A stretch of 56,410 nt of DNA from contig JAZOVD010000035.1 of NCBI GenBank assembly GCA_045658525.1, forward strand, positions 1-56,410. The letters are read 5' to 3'. Both the position numbers and the translations under genes were made by a program. Shown here piece after piece: positions 37,647-46,665 of the stretch (positions within the stretch are counted from its first letter, which is position 1; each line of letters starts with the position of its first letter). This stretch comes from Eubacteriales bacterium (lineage in GTDB: Bacteria > Bacillota > Clostridia > Oscillospirales > CAG-272). The notes beneath the pieces were generated by a model that saw only the letters and a list, made by a program, of their open reading frames with translations, was not told where the DNA came from and ran no database searches.

Positions 37647-39269
37647 TTAAACGAGAGAGAGCTTCTTTGCCTGCTCGCTTCCCTCGGTGGATGCGCCGCC
37701 CGTAGTGGGGTCGAATACGAGGTTGGTCTCTATGCCGTTAACTACGGTCTTTATGGAGAGAACCGCGCTGGGGTTAAGGTCGAATACTACCTCAACAGGG
37801 GTATCGGGGTCAAGTCCGGTGGGAACGCTGAGAGGACCGGTATAGACCTCTACGCTGTTCTCGTAGTCGATAACGTCATCGTTGTAGTCGCTCTCACAAA
37901 CGGTTATGGAGGTAGCTCCGCCTATAACGAGATCCATTATACCAACGTTAGTTCCGTTGCAGGGCTTGGGAGTACCGGTCTTTATGAGGTTTACAACGAA
38001 GTTCTTCTGCTGGGTGCGATCCCAAACCTTAACACCGTAGCTCTTGTTAGTTATATCGTCAACGCTGATGCTTCCCTTTTCGGTCTTTATCGCTATGCCC
38101 TGAGAACCGTCGTCGCCTGCCGCACCTGCGGAAGCAGAGGGAGCAGCCGTACCGTCGCCGGCGTCGCCGCCGTCAGCAGTAGCACCTGCGTAAACGTCGG
38201 AGAACGCAGCCATAAGAGCCGCACCCTTAGCAACAGCCTCGTCAGGCTCGAAGCTTGCGAGAGGCTTGCCGTAGGTAGCATCGAGTATCTTTGTTACCTG
38301 GGGCATTCTGGTAGAACCGCCGACGAGGATTATCTCATCAACGTCGTCTATGGTCATATTCTGTGCTCTGAGCATATCGTCAACGAGAGATATGGTCTTG
38401 TTAAGAAGGTCCTCGGTAACGCTCTCGAAGGTGTCACGGGTTATCTCCATTACCTGCTTGTTACCCTGGAAGCTTACGGGAAGCTTTATAGCCTCACGCG
38501 CGGTAAGCTGCTTCTTAGCCTTTTCGATGTTCTCGGAGAACCAAGACTGGCACTCAGCGTCACTTCTCATTTCGTCGGGGTCAGCACCGGTAGCGTTGCA
38601 GAACTCGTCTATAACGTAGTTGGTGAACGCCGCATCCCAGTCCTTACCGCCGAGGGTATGGTCACCGTTGGAAGCTATAACGCGGAGCTTCTTGTCGTCG
38701 CCGTTGAAGTCCATACGGAGAAGCGTACAGTCGAATGTTCCTCCTCCGAGGTCATATATAAGAACGTTCTTGTTAACGTCCTCGTTCTTGATGTAAGCGT
38801 AAGCGAACGCAGCCGCGGTAGGCTCGTTGATTATCTGATAAACGGTAAGGTCAGCGTCCTCAGCAGCTTTCTGGGTAGCACCTCTCGCGATAGTTCCGAA
38901 GTACGCGGGGCAGGTTATAACAGCTCCGTCGATGGTGTCTCCAAGAGCCTCCTCGGCGTCCTTTTTGAGCTTACGAAGGATAAGAGAGGATATGGACGAG
39001 GGCGAATAAGCCTGACCGAACATATCTATCGTGTAGTCCTTGTCTCCCATAAGAGACTTAACTCTCTCGATAACGTTCTCGGGGCTGAACAGCGCGCCTG
39101 CGCGAGCCTGCTCACCGACAACAACGTTGGTATCGCTTTCAAAGTAAACTATAGAAGGTGTTGTGTTAGCTCCCTCAGAGTTCTTGATAACCTCAAGAGC
39201 TCCGTTGTCATTGAGCCAGGATACGCAAGAGTAAGTTGTACCGAGGTCTATTCCTATTTTCTTTCCCAT
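37647..39269 (-). CDS. non-canonical Hsp70-family protein lacking the helical lid
   Basis: [40 protein letters not shown]; 540 aa; Ala/Gly/Asp-rich linker. Confidence 0.92.
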   Translation of the reverse strand: MGKKIGIDLGTTYSCVSWLNDNGALEVIKNSEGANTTPSIVYFESDTNVVVGEQARAGALFSPENVIERVKSLMGDKDYTIDMFGQAYSPSSISSLILRKLKKDAEEALGDTIDGAVITCPAYFGTIARGATQKAAEDADLTVYQIINEPTAAAFAYAYIKNEDVNKNVLIYDLGGGTFDCTLLRMDFNGDDKKLRVIASNGDHTLGGKDWDAAFTNYVIDEFCNATGADPDEMRSDAECQSWFSENIEKAKKQLTAREAIKLPVSFQGNKQVMEITRDTFESVTEDLLNKTISLVDDMLRAQNMTIDDVDEIILVGGSTRMPQVTKILDATYGKPLASFEPDEAVAKGAALMAAFSDVYAGATADGGDAGDGTAAPSASAGAAGDDGSQGIAIKTEKGSISVDDITNKSYGVKVWDRTQQKNFVVNLIKTGTPKPCNGTNVGIMDLVIGGATSITVCESDYNDDVIDYENSVEVYTGPLSVPTGLDPDTPVEVVFDLNPSAVLSIKTVVNGIETNLVFDPTTGGASTEGSEQAKKLSLV

Positions 39270-39311
39270 GATTTTTTCTCCTTGTGTGTTTTTTATTTAA
39301 ATTTTATTTTT

Positions 39312-40721
39312 TTAGAGCTTGTAGATTATGACCTTAGCGGGATAAACTACCTTATCTCCGTACATATAACAGTCGGAGCAGTAACGGGCAACGGTCTTTT
39401 CCTTGTCGCTCTCCTCCGCGGTTATCTTGGTCATTTTGAGGACACGGTGGTATTTCGCGTCGAATACGCGGTCTATCTCGCTTCTTACCGTAACGCCGAA
39501 GTTAAGCAGAAGCTTTTCAACGTAATCGGAAATATAAGTGTAGGTCTCTGTGTAGATGCAAGCCTTTGCCGCGTCGTCGGCGGCGTTTTTAAGAGCGTCA
39601 CATCTCTTTGCGAAATAGTCGCCTATCTGTATCATTTTAACAAGCGCGGGAACTATAAGCACTCCGTCGCAGACCGCCTGCTGCTTCTTGGAAGCAAGGA
39701 ACATACTGTTTATCGTGCTTACGAACGCCTCGTCTCTTGCGAGGAGCGTTTCTATGTTCTTTACGGACTTACCAAGCGCGTCGTAAAGCTCCTCGGCAGT
39801 AGTTACAGCCTTGAAATCGACCGCTTCAAGCTCAGGCTCGGCGGAAACGTATCCGTTACCGTCGTCGTTCGCCGAAGCCTTCGGGTACTCGGGAGTAGGA
39901 TATATCACCCTACCGTTGTAAGAGTAGATGCCGTTCTCCTCGGCAACTCCGTGTACCGAGAGAAGATCGTTTATCTGCTCGGCGGTACATTCAAAGTAGC
40001 TTATCAGCTTATCGCCCGACAGACCAAACTCGGTCATATCGGAATCGGACTTCTTGCAGTCCTCTCTGAAACCGATAAGGTCGTTTACAAGAGCCTTCGA
40101 GATTTGAAGGAAGTAATCGTCCTTGTACTTCTGAAGCTCCTTGTTGATGTTATAAACAGCGTCGTCCTTTGCCTTGGTGTTTCTTACCGAACGGAGCACC
40201 GTATCGTAGAACTCGGCAAACTTAGTCTTTATCTCCTCGTACTGATCGTCGGAGTATGTAGGCGCGCAAGGCTCGCATGCCGGTTCCTCGACAGCCTCCT
40301 CCGTCTCCTGCTCCTCAGTAACCTCAGGCTCCTCGTCAACAGTCTCCTCGACCGTTTCCTCAGCAGCTGCTTCTTCGACCTCCTCGGGAACGTCCTCTGT
40401 TTCCGCATCCGCAGCCTGAGCTTCAACGAACTCCTCGAACGTCACCTCGGTAGAAAGCGCGTGCTTTATTCCGTGAGCGGCGAAATAACCCGCGTTCACT
40501 CCGGAGAGTGCCTCGTCAGCTACCACTACCGTCGCGTCGTATCTTACCAGCTCTCCCATAGAAACTGAATCTATACCGCTTACCTCCACCTTTTCTTCAA
40601 GCATAGATTCCTGACATATCGCAACGATCTTCATCGAAGCGAACTTCGGGTCAGCGAGGACCCCTTCAACGTTGCTTTTTGATCCGAACAGAATTACTCT
40701 GTCGTTTGCGGTTATAAGCAT
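39312..40721 (-). CDS. GrpE-like nucleotide exchange factor with N-terminal extra domain and two tandem GrpE units
   Basis: LLNFGV...FDAKYH...YMYGDKVVYPAKV at the C-terminus; earlier LLSVHGV...YSYNGRVIYP; GGAGG RBS before ATG 40721. Confidence 0.75.
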   Translation of the reverse strand: MLITANDRVILFGSKSNVEGVLADPKFASMKIVAICQESMLEEKVEVSGIDSVSMGELVRYDATVVVADEALSGVNAGYFAAHGIKHALSTEVTFEEFVEAQAADAETEDVPEEVEEAAAEETVEETVDEEPEVTEEQETEEAVEEPACEPCAPTYSDDQYEEIKTKFAEFYDTVLRSVRNTKAKDDAVYNINKELQKYKDDYFLQISKALVNDLIGFREDCKKSDSDMTEFGLSGDKLISYFECTAEQINDLLSVHGVAEENGIYSYNGRVIYPTPEYPKASANDDGNGYVSAEPELEAVDFKAVTTAEELYDALGKSVKNIETLLARDEAFVSTINSMFLASKKQQAVCDGVLIVPALVKMIQIGDYFAKRCDALKNAADDAAKACIYTETYTYISDYVEKLLLNFGVTVRSEIDRVFDAKYHRVLKMTKITAEESDKEKTVARYCSDCYMYGDKVVYPAKVIIYKL

Positions 40722-40793
40722 TACCTTAGCCTCCACGCATAATATTTTCGTATTTTTACCGTATATTTTTCGGAAAAATCATACTCTTTGCCT

Positions 40794-40822
40794 ATTATAA
40801 CACACATATTTATTTTTTTCAA
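40794..40822 (-). promoter_or_regulatory. sigma-A promoter of the GrpE/Hsp70/GTPase operon
   Basis: TTGAAA-17-TATAAT with TG; no CIRCE element nearby. Confidence 0.7.
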
Positions 40823-40906
40823 TAGTTTTTTTGCATTTTTCCGAAAATTTCCTAACAATTTTTATATAAATATTAATTGATTGAACTTCACGATTTTCCC
40901 GAAAAC

Positions 40907-40944
40907 AAAAAACCGACTGTCGCGTAAGCAACAGCCGGTCATTT
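40907..40944 (-). terminator. terminator after acpP
   Basis: ACCGACTGTCGC...GCAACAGCCGGT hairpin with an A-tract on the plus strand. Confidence 0.65.
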
Positions 40945-41160
40945 TTATACGACTGACTCTATGTAAGCCGCCAGCTCGTTTATGGTCTTGTATTTGGGAG
41001 AAAGCTCTATCTCCTTTCCTATCTCACCTTCAAGCTGGATAACGAGATCGGCAACGTCAAGAGAATCAAGACCAAGAGTATTGAACGGAGCATCCGCATC
41101 TATCTCGCTTGCGTCAACGCCCTTGTATTCCGCAAGCATTTCAATAAGCTTTTCTTTCAT
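40945..41160 (-). CDS. acpP: acyl carrier protein
   Basis: LGLDSLDVAD phosphopantetheine motif; 71 aa, acidic; own TTGACA-17-TATAAT promoter at 41196-41224. Confidence 0.9.
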   Translation of the reverse strand: MKEKLIEMLAEYKGVDASEIDADAPFNTLGLDSLDVADLVIQLEGEIGKEIELSPKYKTINELAAYIESVV

Positions 41161-41262
41161 AAAGATATTCCTTTCAACATTAGTTTCCGTGTATCATTAT
41201 ACTCCCAAAACGCGGATTTGTCAATATCAGAACGCATTTTTTGTTTATCGGTACACCGTTTC

Positions 41263-42561
41263 TCACATCTTTTTGTCGCCTGTTGCGGGGTTATCTATCA
41301 GCTTTCCGTCCTCGGTAAAACGCGAGCCGTGGCAAGAGCAATCCCACGAATGCTCCTGCGGATTGTATTTCAGCGCGCACCCAAGATGCGGACAACGCGG
41401 AACGGTAGGTGTCAGAAGTCCCAGAACGGACTCCGCGGCGTTGACGGCAAGCTGAGGATGACGTATGCTCCTTGAAGGCGAAAACACAGAGGCGTATTCG
41501 TTTTCCTTTCCCAGCACCAGATCGCACAAAACGGTTGCCGCCACCATAGACGATGTCATTCCCCATTTGTTAAATCCGGTCGCAACGTACATATCGGGCG
41601 TTCGTTTTGAATACAGACCTATATACGGGATACCGTCAAGCGTCATACAGTCCTGTGTCGCCCAGCGAGCTACCTCATTCGCTTTCGGATAGTAACGCTG
41701 AGCAAGATCGGAAAGCTCTTTCCAATTCCCGCCCTTTTTTCCGGTACGGTGTCCTCCGCCGCCAAGCAGTAAAAGTCCGTTATGCTCTCTAAGTGACATG
41801 CCTTTATCACATTCATCGACGTACATTCCCTCAATATTCCGAGCGTTTTCCAAAGCGATAACGTAAGAACGGTGCTGATACATCTTCAAAAAATAAGAGC
41901 CGTGCTTGTTGATAAACGGAAAATGTGTAGCTACTATTATTTTTTCAGCCTTTATCTTACCTCGGCGCGTTACCGCTCCGTCAGGTCTCAGTTCGGTTAT
42001 CTTGGTATTCTCAAATATCGGAAGCTCTTTTGATATACCGAAAAGGAATTTCAGCGGATGGAACTGAGCCTGCGCCTCCACCATCACCGCGCCGGAAACC
42101 GAAAATGGCAGCTCTGTGCTTTCGGTAAAGACTGCGTTGCATCCGAGCTTATTAAGCGCGTCCGCCTCTTTTTCCAGCTTATCTCTGCCGCGAAGTGAGT
42201 AAACATAAGAAGGGCGTTCGGCGTAATCGCAATCAATTTTCGCGCACATATCACGGTATTTTTTCATAGCTTCTTTTTGGGCATTCATGTAGGCTTTTGC
42301 AGCGTGGGTCCCATATCTTCGTATCATCTTGTCGTATATCAGACCGTGCTGAAATGTGATCTTAGCCGTCGTGTTTTTAGTTATACCGCCGCATATCTCG
42401 TCAGCCTCGGCAAGAACGCAGCTCACTCCCGCGTTTGTAAGCATGTAGGCGCATAACATGCCAGCTATGCCACCGCCTATGATCAGAACGTCTGTATTTA
42501 TATCGCCGTCCATACTCTTAAATTTCGGACGCTCCGCAGTTTTTGTCCATATAGAATCCAT
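41263..42561 (-). CDS. FAD-dependent oxidoreductase with C-terminal Rieske 2Fe-2S domain (YhfW-like)
   Basis: IIGGGIAG, ATGFNKWGMT, CPHLGC, WDCSCHGSRF. Confidence 0.92.
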   Translation of the reverse strand: MDSIWTKTAERPKFKSMDGDINTDVLIIGGGIAGMLCAYMLTNAGVSCVLAEADEICGGITKNTTAKITFQHGLIYDKMIRRYGTHAAKAYMNAQKEAMKKYRDMCAKIDCDYAERPSYVYSLRGRDKLEKEADALNKLGCNAVFTESTELPFSVSGAVMVEAQAQFHPLKFLFGISKELPIFENTKITELRPDGAVTRRGKIKAEKIIVATHFPFINKHGSYFLKMYQHRSYVIALENARNIEGMYVDECDKGMSLREHNGLLLLGGGGHRTGKKGGNWKELSDLAQRYYPKANEVARWATQDCMTLDGIPYIGLYSKRTPDMYVATGFNKWGMTSSMVAATVLCDLVLGKENEYASVFSPSRSIRHPQLAVNAAESVLGLLTPTVPRCPHLGCALKYNPQEHSWDCSCHGSRFTEDGKLIDNPATGDKKM

Positions 42562-42685
42562 TCGTCACTTCCCCCTCTTTTTTGAATCTATTATGCGCGT
42601 TCCGGACCCGCAAAATACACTCTTGACGAAATAAGACGTTCGTGATATACTTATCCCGAAAAGATAGCAAAAGGAGTCACAGAGA

Positions 42686-43483
42686 ATGGAAAACTTCGAA
42701 AAAACACTCATACCCATCGTACTTTGCGCGGGAGATATGATGACGTCAGCGCATAACGTAGCGCTTAACGGCGAAATAAAGGAAAAGGCGGGAGAGTCCG
42801 CAAATATGGTAACGCTTTACGACGTCGCCATACAGGATTTTCTTATATCCGAAATAACCAAGCAGTACCCCGACGCGTTTTTTATCGCGGAAGAAAAAGA
42901 AAACAGCGCAGACGCTTTGATGCGTAAGCACTGTTTCATTATCGACCCGATAGACGGTACTACAAATTTCATTCACGAATACAGACATTCCTGCATCTCG
43001 CTTGCTCTTTTCTCATACGGAAAACCGATGTTTTCCGCAATATACGACCCGTATCAGAATGAAATGTTCTCAGCGGTAAAGGACGGCGGCGCGTTCCTGA
43101 ACGGAAAAAGAATACAAGTATCGAAAAGAGATATGAAGCATTCACTCGTTGCGTTCGGCACCGCACCATATTACAAAAAGCAGTTCGGAGACGTCACGTT
43201 CGATCTGTGCCGTGAGTTGTTTATAAAATGCTGTGACGTGCGCCGTTGCGGCTCAGCGGCACTCGATCTCGCGTACCTCGCCGCGGGCAGAAACGACATA
43301 TTTTTCGAATATCTTCTTTCGCCTTGGGATATTGCCGCCGGCGCGCTCCTTATTACGGAATCGGGCGGTATCATAACCGACGCAAACGGTGACAGCATAG
43401 ATTTTTCCGCACCCTGCTCCGTCATCGCGGCGACTCCGACAGTCTATGACTCTATGCTCGATACTGTGAAAAATCACAGATAA
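42686..43483 (+). CDS. suhB: inositol monophosphatase family protein
   Basis: IIDPIDGTTNF, RRCGSAAL, WDIAAG; promoter TTGACG-17-TATACT at 42623-42651. Confidence 0.88.
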   Translation: MENFEKTLIPIVLCAGDMMTSAHNVALNGEIKEKAGESANMVTLYDVAIQDFLISEITKQYPDAFFIAEEKENSADALMRKHCFIIDPIDGTTNFIHEYRHSCISLALFSYGKPMFSAIYDPYQNEMFSAVKDGGAFLNGKRIQVSKRDMKHSLVAFGTAPYYKKQFGDVTFDLCRELFIKCCDVRRCGSAALDLAYLAAGRNDIFFEYLLSPWDIAAGALLITESGGIITDANGDSIDFSAPCSVIAATPTVYDSMLDTVKNHR

Positions 43484-44247
43484 TATTCCTCTGGTATGTC
43501 GCGTTTTTCGCCGCACAGATCGTAATCGGCGCGCGCCCAAAGAGATTTTATTATCTCGGTCCCACTTCTCACGTTGAATACGCCAACGGTGGCGTTACCA
43601 AGCGTTCTGTTTTCCAACGCACCGAGTGTTTCAAGCGGTTTGCGGTAATTTTCAAAAAACTCAGATCCGGTATGCTCACCGTGTTTACGATAGTTGAGAC
43701 GATACTGCCTTCCGTCACGGTCTATCACCGTAAGATTTATAGGCTCGGCGAGTCTGTTCGGCAGATCGAGCATTTCGTCAACGGCGTGAATATACGTATT
43801 TCTGTTAAGTCCTACCCCGAGAAGCAATATCCTTGCGTCCTCATCGTAAAGCCTCGCCCATACCCCGCCCACAGGACACGGAGAGACCGAGCGTTCCTCG
43901 CCGGAAACGAACCCGCAGGCTCGATTTCCGAACGCCGCCACCGAGTGCGTAGGATGTAATGAACGCACCCCGTCCTCGCGAAACGCGGCAACGGTAGGCA
44001 GAGCGCCTATGCACGGAACGGTCTTACTTACTTCGTAAACAGGGTTATCCAAGCCGACATTTGCCCAGGTATGAGTAGGAACTATAAAGAGTCCGTCCGT
44101 AAGATACGAGGTAAAAGCATCGATAACTCCGTCGCATCCACCCTCTACCTCGCCAAGCGAGCGCATAGAGGTATGTACCAACACAGTATCGTTAGGAGCT
44201 ATCCCCAAGCTCGTCAAAAACTCGTGTATATCATTTTTTGTCAGCAT
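43474..44247 (-). CDS. AAC(3)/YokD-family N-acetyltransferase
   Basis: VHTSMRSLG, VPTHT, RSLHPTHSVAAFG, LLGV...NTYIH. Confidence 0.85.
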   Translation of the reverse strand: MLTKNDIHEFLTSLGIAPNDTVLVHTSMRSLGEVEGGCDGVIDAFTSYLTDGLFIVPTHTWANVGLDNPVYEVSKTVPCIGALPTVAAFREDGVRSLHPTHSVAAFGNRACGFVSGEERSVSPCPVGGVWARLYDEDARILLLGVGLNRNTYIHAVDEMLDLPNRLAEPINLTVIDRDGRQYRLNYRKHGEHTGSEFFENYRKPLETLGALENRTLGNATVGVFNVRSGTEIIKSLWARADYDLCGEKRDIPEEYYL

Positions 44248-44275
44248 ACAAAGCTCCTCATTTCAAGGTTTATTT

Positions 44276-44309
44276 AAAGCCTCGGTCGCTTTCAAGCAAC
44301 CGAGGCTTT
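44276..44309 (-). terminator. hairpin terminator after the SGNH pair
   Basis: AAAGCCTCGGT...ACCGAGGCTTT. Confidence 0.7.
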
Positions 44310-44315
44310 TGGTGT

Positions 44316-44969
44316 TTAAAATTTATCAAGCTCGTCTTTAAGAACCTCACGGAAAAATTCTCCGAATAAGTTATAACCGTCCTGATTGAAATGCACTCCA
44401 TCCTCAACGAATAGATCGTCATTTTGAAGCGGAGTATGTCCAAACGTATCGATGTAGAAGCAGTTAGGCGTCTTTTCGGCAAACTCACGAAGCCTTGCGT
44501 TATACGCTTGCCTTTTAGTTATATCCGCTTCGGTCATAGCTTTTTTGGGAGTAGCACTGCAAAGATATATACGAATATCGGGGAAATCGGTAAGAGCATA
44601 CGCTATAACGCGCTGGGCAAGCTCCCAAGCCTCGTCATCGGAATAACCGAAGGCAGGCGAATTGCCAAAGCTCGCGTAAACGAGCACCTTAGGCTCGAGT
44701 GGGCGTATCATTCGAGGATAATAGTACAGCTGATGCTCCGGACAGCTCGAACCAAATCCTCTGTTTATAACGCAAGGCGCGCCACTCTTTCCGAGAAGCA
44801 CCTCACGCATAGGCTTCATTCCGTAAGCCTTGCTCCATCTTGTAAAATCAGACGGGCCATAGAACACTATCTGCCCCTTTACTATCGGCTCTTTTTCGTA
44901 CTCCAAGACCGCATTTTCCATAGAGTCCTGCCATTTTTCAATAAATTTAAGTCCAACTCTTACCGGCAT
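44316..44969 (-). CDS. SGNH/GDSL hydrolase (paralog 2)
   Basis: FYGPSDF, NRGFGSS, FGN, DGVH. Confidence 0.85.
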   Translation of the reverse strand: MPVRVGLKFIEKWQDSMENAVLEYEKEPIVKGQIVFYGPSDFTRWSKAYGMKPMREVLLGKSGAPCVINRGFGSSCPEHQLYYYPRMIRPLEPKVLVYASFGNSPAFGYSDDEAWELAQRVIAYALTDFPDIRIYLCSATPKKAMTEADITKRQAYNARLREFAEKTPNCFYIDTFGHTPLQNDDLFVEDGVHFNQDGYNLFGEFFREVLKDELDKF

Positions 44970-44999
44970 AGCTGTAAATCCACTCTTTCAAAACACAAT

Positions 45000-45656
45000 T
45001 TAAAATCTATCAAGCTCATCTTTAAGCTCTTTCTTAAAAATTTCTGCGTAAATATCGTACCCCGTTTGATTGAAATGAACTCCGTCCTCAACAAAGATGT
45101 CCTTTCTTTTAAGCTCGTCATACTTCATCATATCGATAAAATGACAGTTCGGGGTAGCTTCGGCAAACGCTTTAAGCCAAGTGTCAAAGCGTTTGTAGTT
45201 CTGTGCCTCAGAATAATTATATTCTCTTTTTATCGGTTGAGAGCCACAGAGATAGATATGGGCATCGGGAAAATCCGTCAACGTATAGGCAATAACTCTT
45301 TGAGCCAGCTCCCAGCCCTCTTCAAATGAATAACCGAACGGAGTGTTGTTGCCCCTACAGATATAGACCAACACCTTTGGCGCGAGCGGACGCACCATTC
45401 TGGGATAGTAATAAAGCTGATGCTCCGGACAGCTCGAACCAAATCCTCTGTTTATAACGCAAGGCGCGCCACTCTTTCCGAGAAGCACCTCGCGCATAGG
45501 CTTCATTCCGTAAGCCTCGCTCCAACGGGTAAAGCTTGAGCTACCGTAGAAAACTATCTGTCCCATCTCGTTTTGCTCCTGCTCATACTTAACGACCGCG
45601 TCTTCAAGACTTTCGTTCCATATTTCTATCTTTTTAAGTCCTACTTTTACCGACAT
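45000..45656 (-). CDS. SGNH/GDSL hydrolase (paralog 1)
   Basis: FYGSSSF, NRGFGSS, GNN, DGVH; promoter TTGACT-17-TACAAT at 45699-45727. Confidence 0.85.
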   Translation of the reverse strand: MSVKVGLKKIEIWNESLEDAVVKYEQEQNEMGQIVFYGSSSFTRWSEAYGMKPMREVLLGKSGAPCVINRGFGSSCPEHQLYYYPRMVRPLAPKVLVYICRGNNTPFGYSFEEGWELAQRVIAYTLTDFPDAHIYLCGSQPIKREYNYSEAQNYKRFDTWLKAFAEATPNCHFIDMMKYDELKRKDIFVEDGVHFNQTGYDIYAEIFKKELKDELDRF

Positions 45657-45744
45657 GATTACGTTTCCTCTCTTTCAAACACAAATGATGTTACGGTAAT
45701 TGTATCACACAAATAACGAAAAGTCAATAGTTGATAACAAAAAA

Positions 45745-46665
45745 TCACGCCAAAGGCTCAGATTTGTGCGGTTCTCTCGAAATGCGCGGAAGCGCACCCG
45801 TAAGATGCGAAATATCCTTGTAAGCGGGAATATCGGCGTCATCGAAAAGCTTACTCGGTATCTGAGACGTCCAGCCGTTTTCATCAAACTCGGGCATATC
45901 TATTCCGAGAGCGTAAAGAACTATCGCGGACACGTCTCTTACGTTGACGTCTCCCGGATGCCCCTTAACTACCGTCCTTCCGGTTGCCGCGAACGTAACG
46001 TACTTTTCCTCGTCCGTCCAACCGCCGTGACTGCCTTTGCCCGTTCCGGGGTTAGTTCCACCGTGGTCCGAAATAGCCACAAAAAGCGTATCGTCAGCTA
46101 TTCCTGCCTCAACTACCGAGTTATAAACGTCGGCAAGAAGCTCGTCAACCTCGTGTATGCGTTTGAGGTGATTAGGTGTTCCGTAGCCGTTCGCGTGACC
46201 CGCACCGTCAACACTGTCGAACTGAATAAACAGAAACGTAGGCTTTTTTTCGCGCACGTAATCACATATAAGGGGCGTCATATCCGTATCCCACATGCTT
46301 TCGCTCGATATTTCTACGTTTCTTTCTATCATACCCGCGGTTATCGGACTCCATTGACAGTACGAGCCAAGCTCCGCCTCGGGCATACACGCTCTTATGC
46401 GCTTGAACACCGACGGGAAAGGAGAGTCTGACGGATACTCCTGAGCCGCTACAATAGGATTTGTGAGCTTATGTATCTCGGGTCCGACTCCGAGGAGCAT
46501 CGAGCCCCAGCACTCCGCGCTTATTGTAGGCTTTGACGCAAGAGCGTCATAAGTGACCGCGCCGTTTGAGAATATGCGATCAAAATTCGGAGTATCAGCC
46601 TCTTTGATGAACGCACCCGCACCGTCGATTCCAACAACTACTACGTGAGAATAATTCTTTTTCAT
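45745..46665 (-). CDS. alkaline phosphatase superfamily protein (nucleotide pyrophosphatase/phosphodiesterase-like)
   Basis: VVGIDG, PTISAECW, DGAGH, SDHGG. Confidence 0.88.
   Translation of the reverse strand: MKKNYSHVVVVGIDGAGAFIKEADTPNFDRIFSNGAVTYDALASKPTISAECWGSMLLGVGPEIHKLTNPIVAAQEYPSDSPFPSVFKRIRACMPEAELGSYCQWSPITAGMIERNVEISSESMWDTDMTPLICDYVREKKPTFLFIQFDSVDGAGHANGYGTPNHLKRIHEVDELLADVYNSVVEAGIADDTLFVAISDHGGTNPGTGKGSHGGWTDEEKYVTFAATGRTVVKGHPGDVNVRDVSAIVLYALGIDMPEFDENGWTSQIPSKLFDDADIPAYKDISHLTGALPRISREPHKSEPLA

Noticed and set aside
38658-40568. 636-aa plus-strand ORF, also 35406..36854 and 26898..28331
   Set aside because: Antisense shadows of well-supported Hsp70/GrpE/GTPase genes produced by codon bias; no RBS or recognisable motifs
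37647-40721. Canonical grpE-dnaK heat-shock operon
   Set aside because: No hrcA, no CIRCE, no HPD-containing DnaJ; the Hsp70 lacks the lid and conserved linker
43474-44247. Acquired aminoglycoside resistance gene
   Set aside because: AAC(3)/YokD-family motifs only, in a chromosomal metabolic context with no mobile element; resistance cannot be inferred
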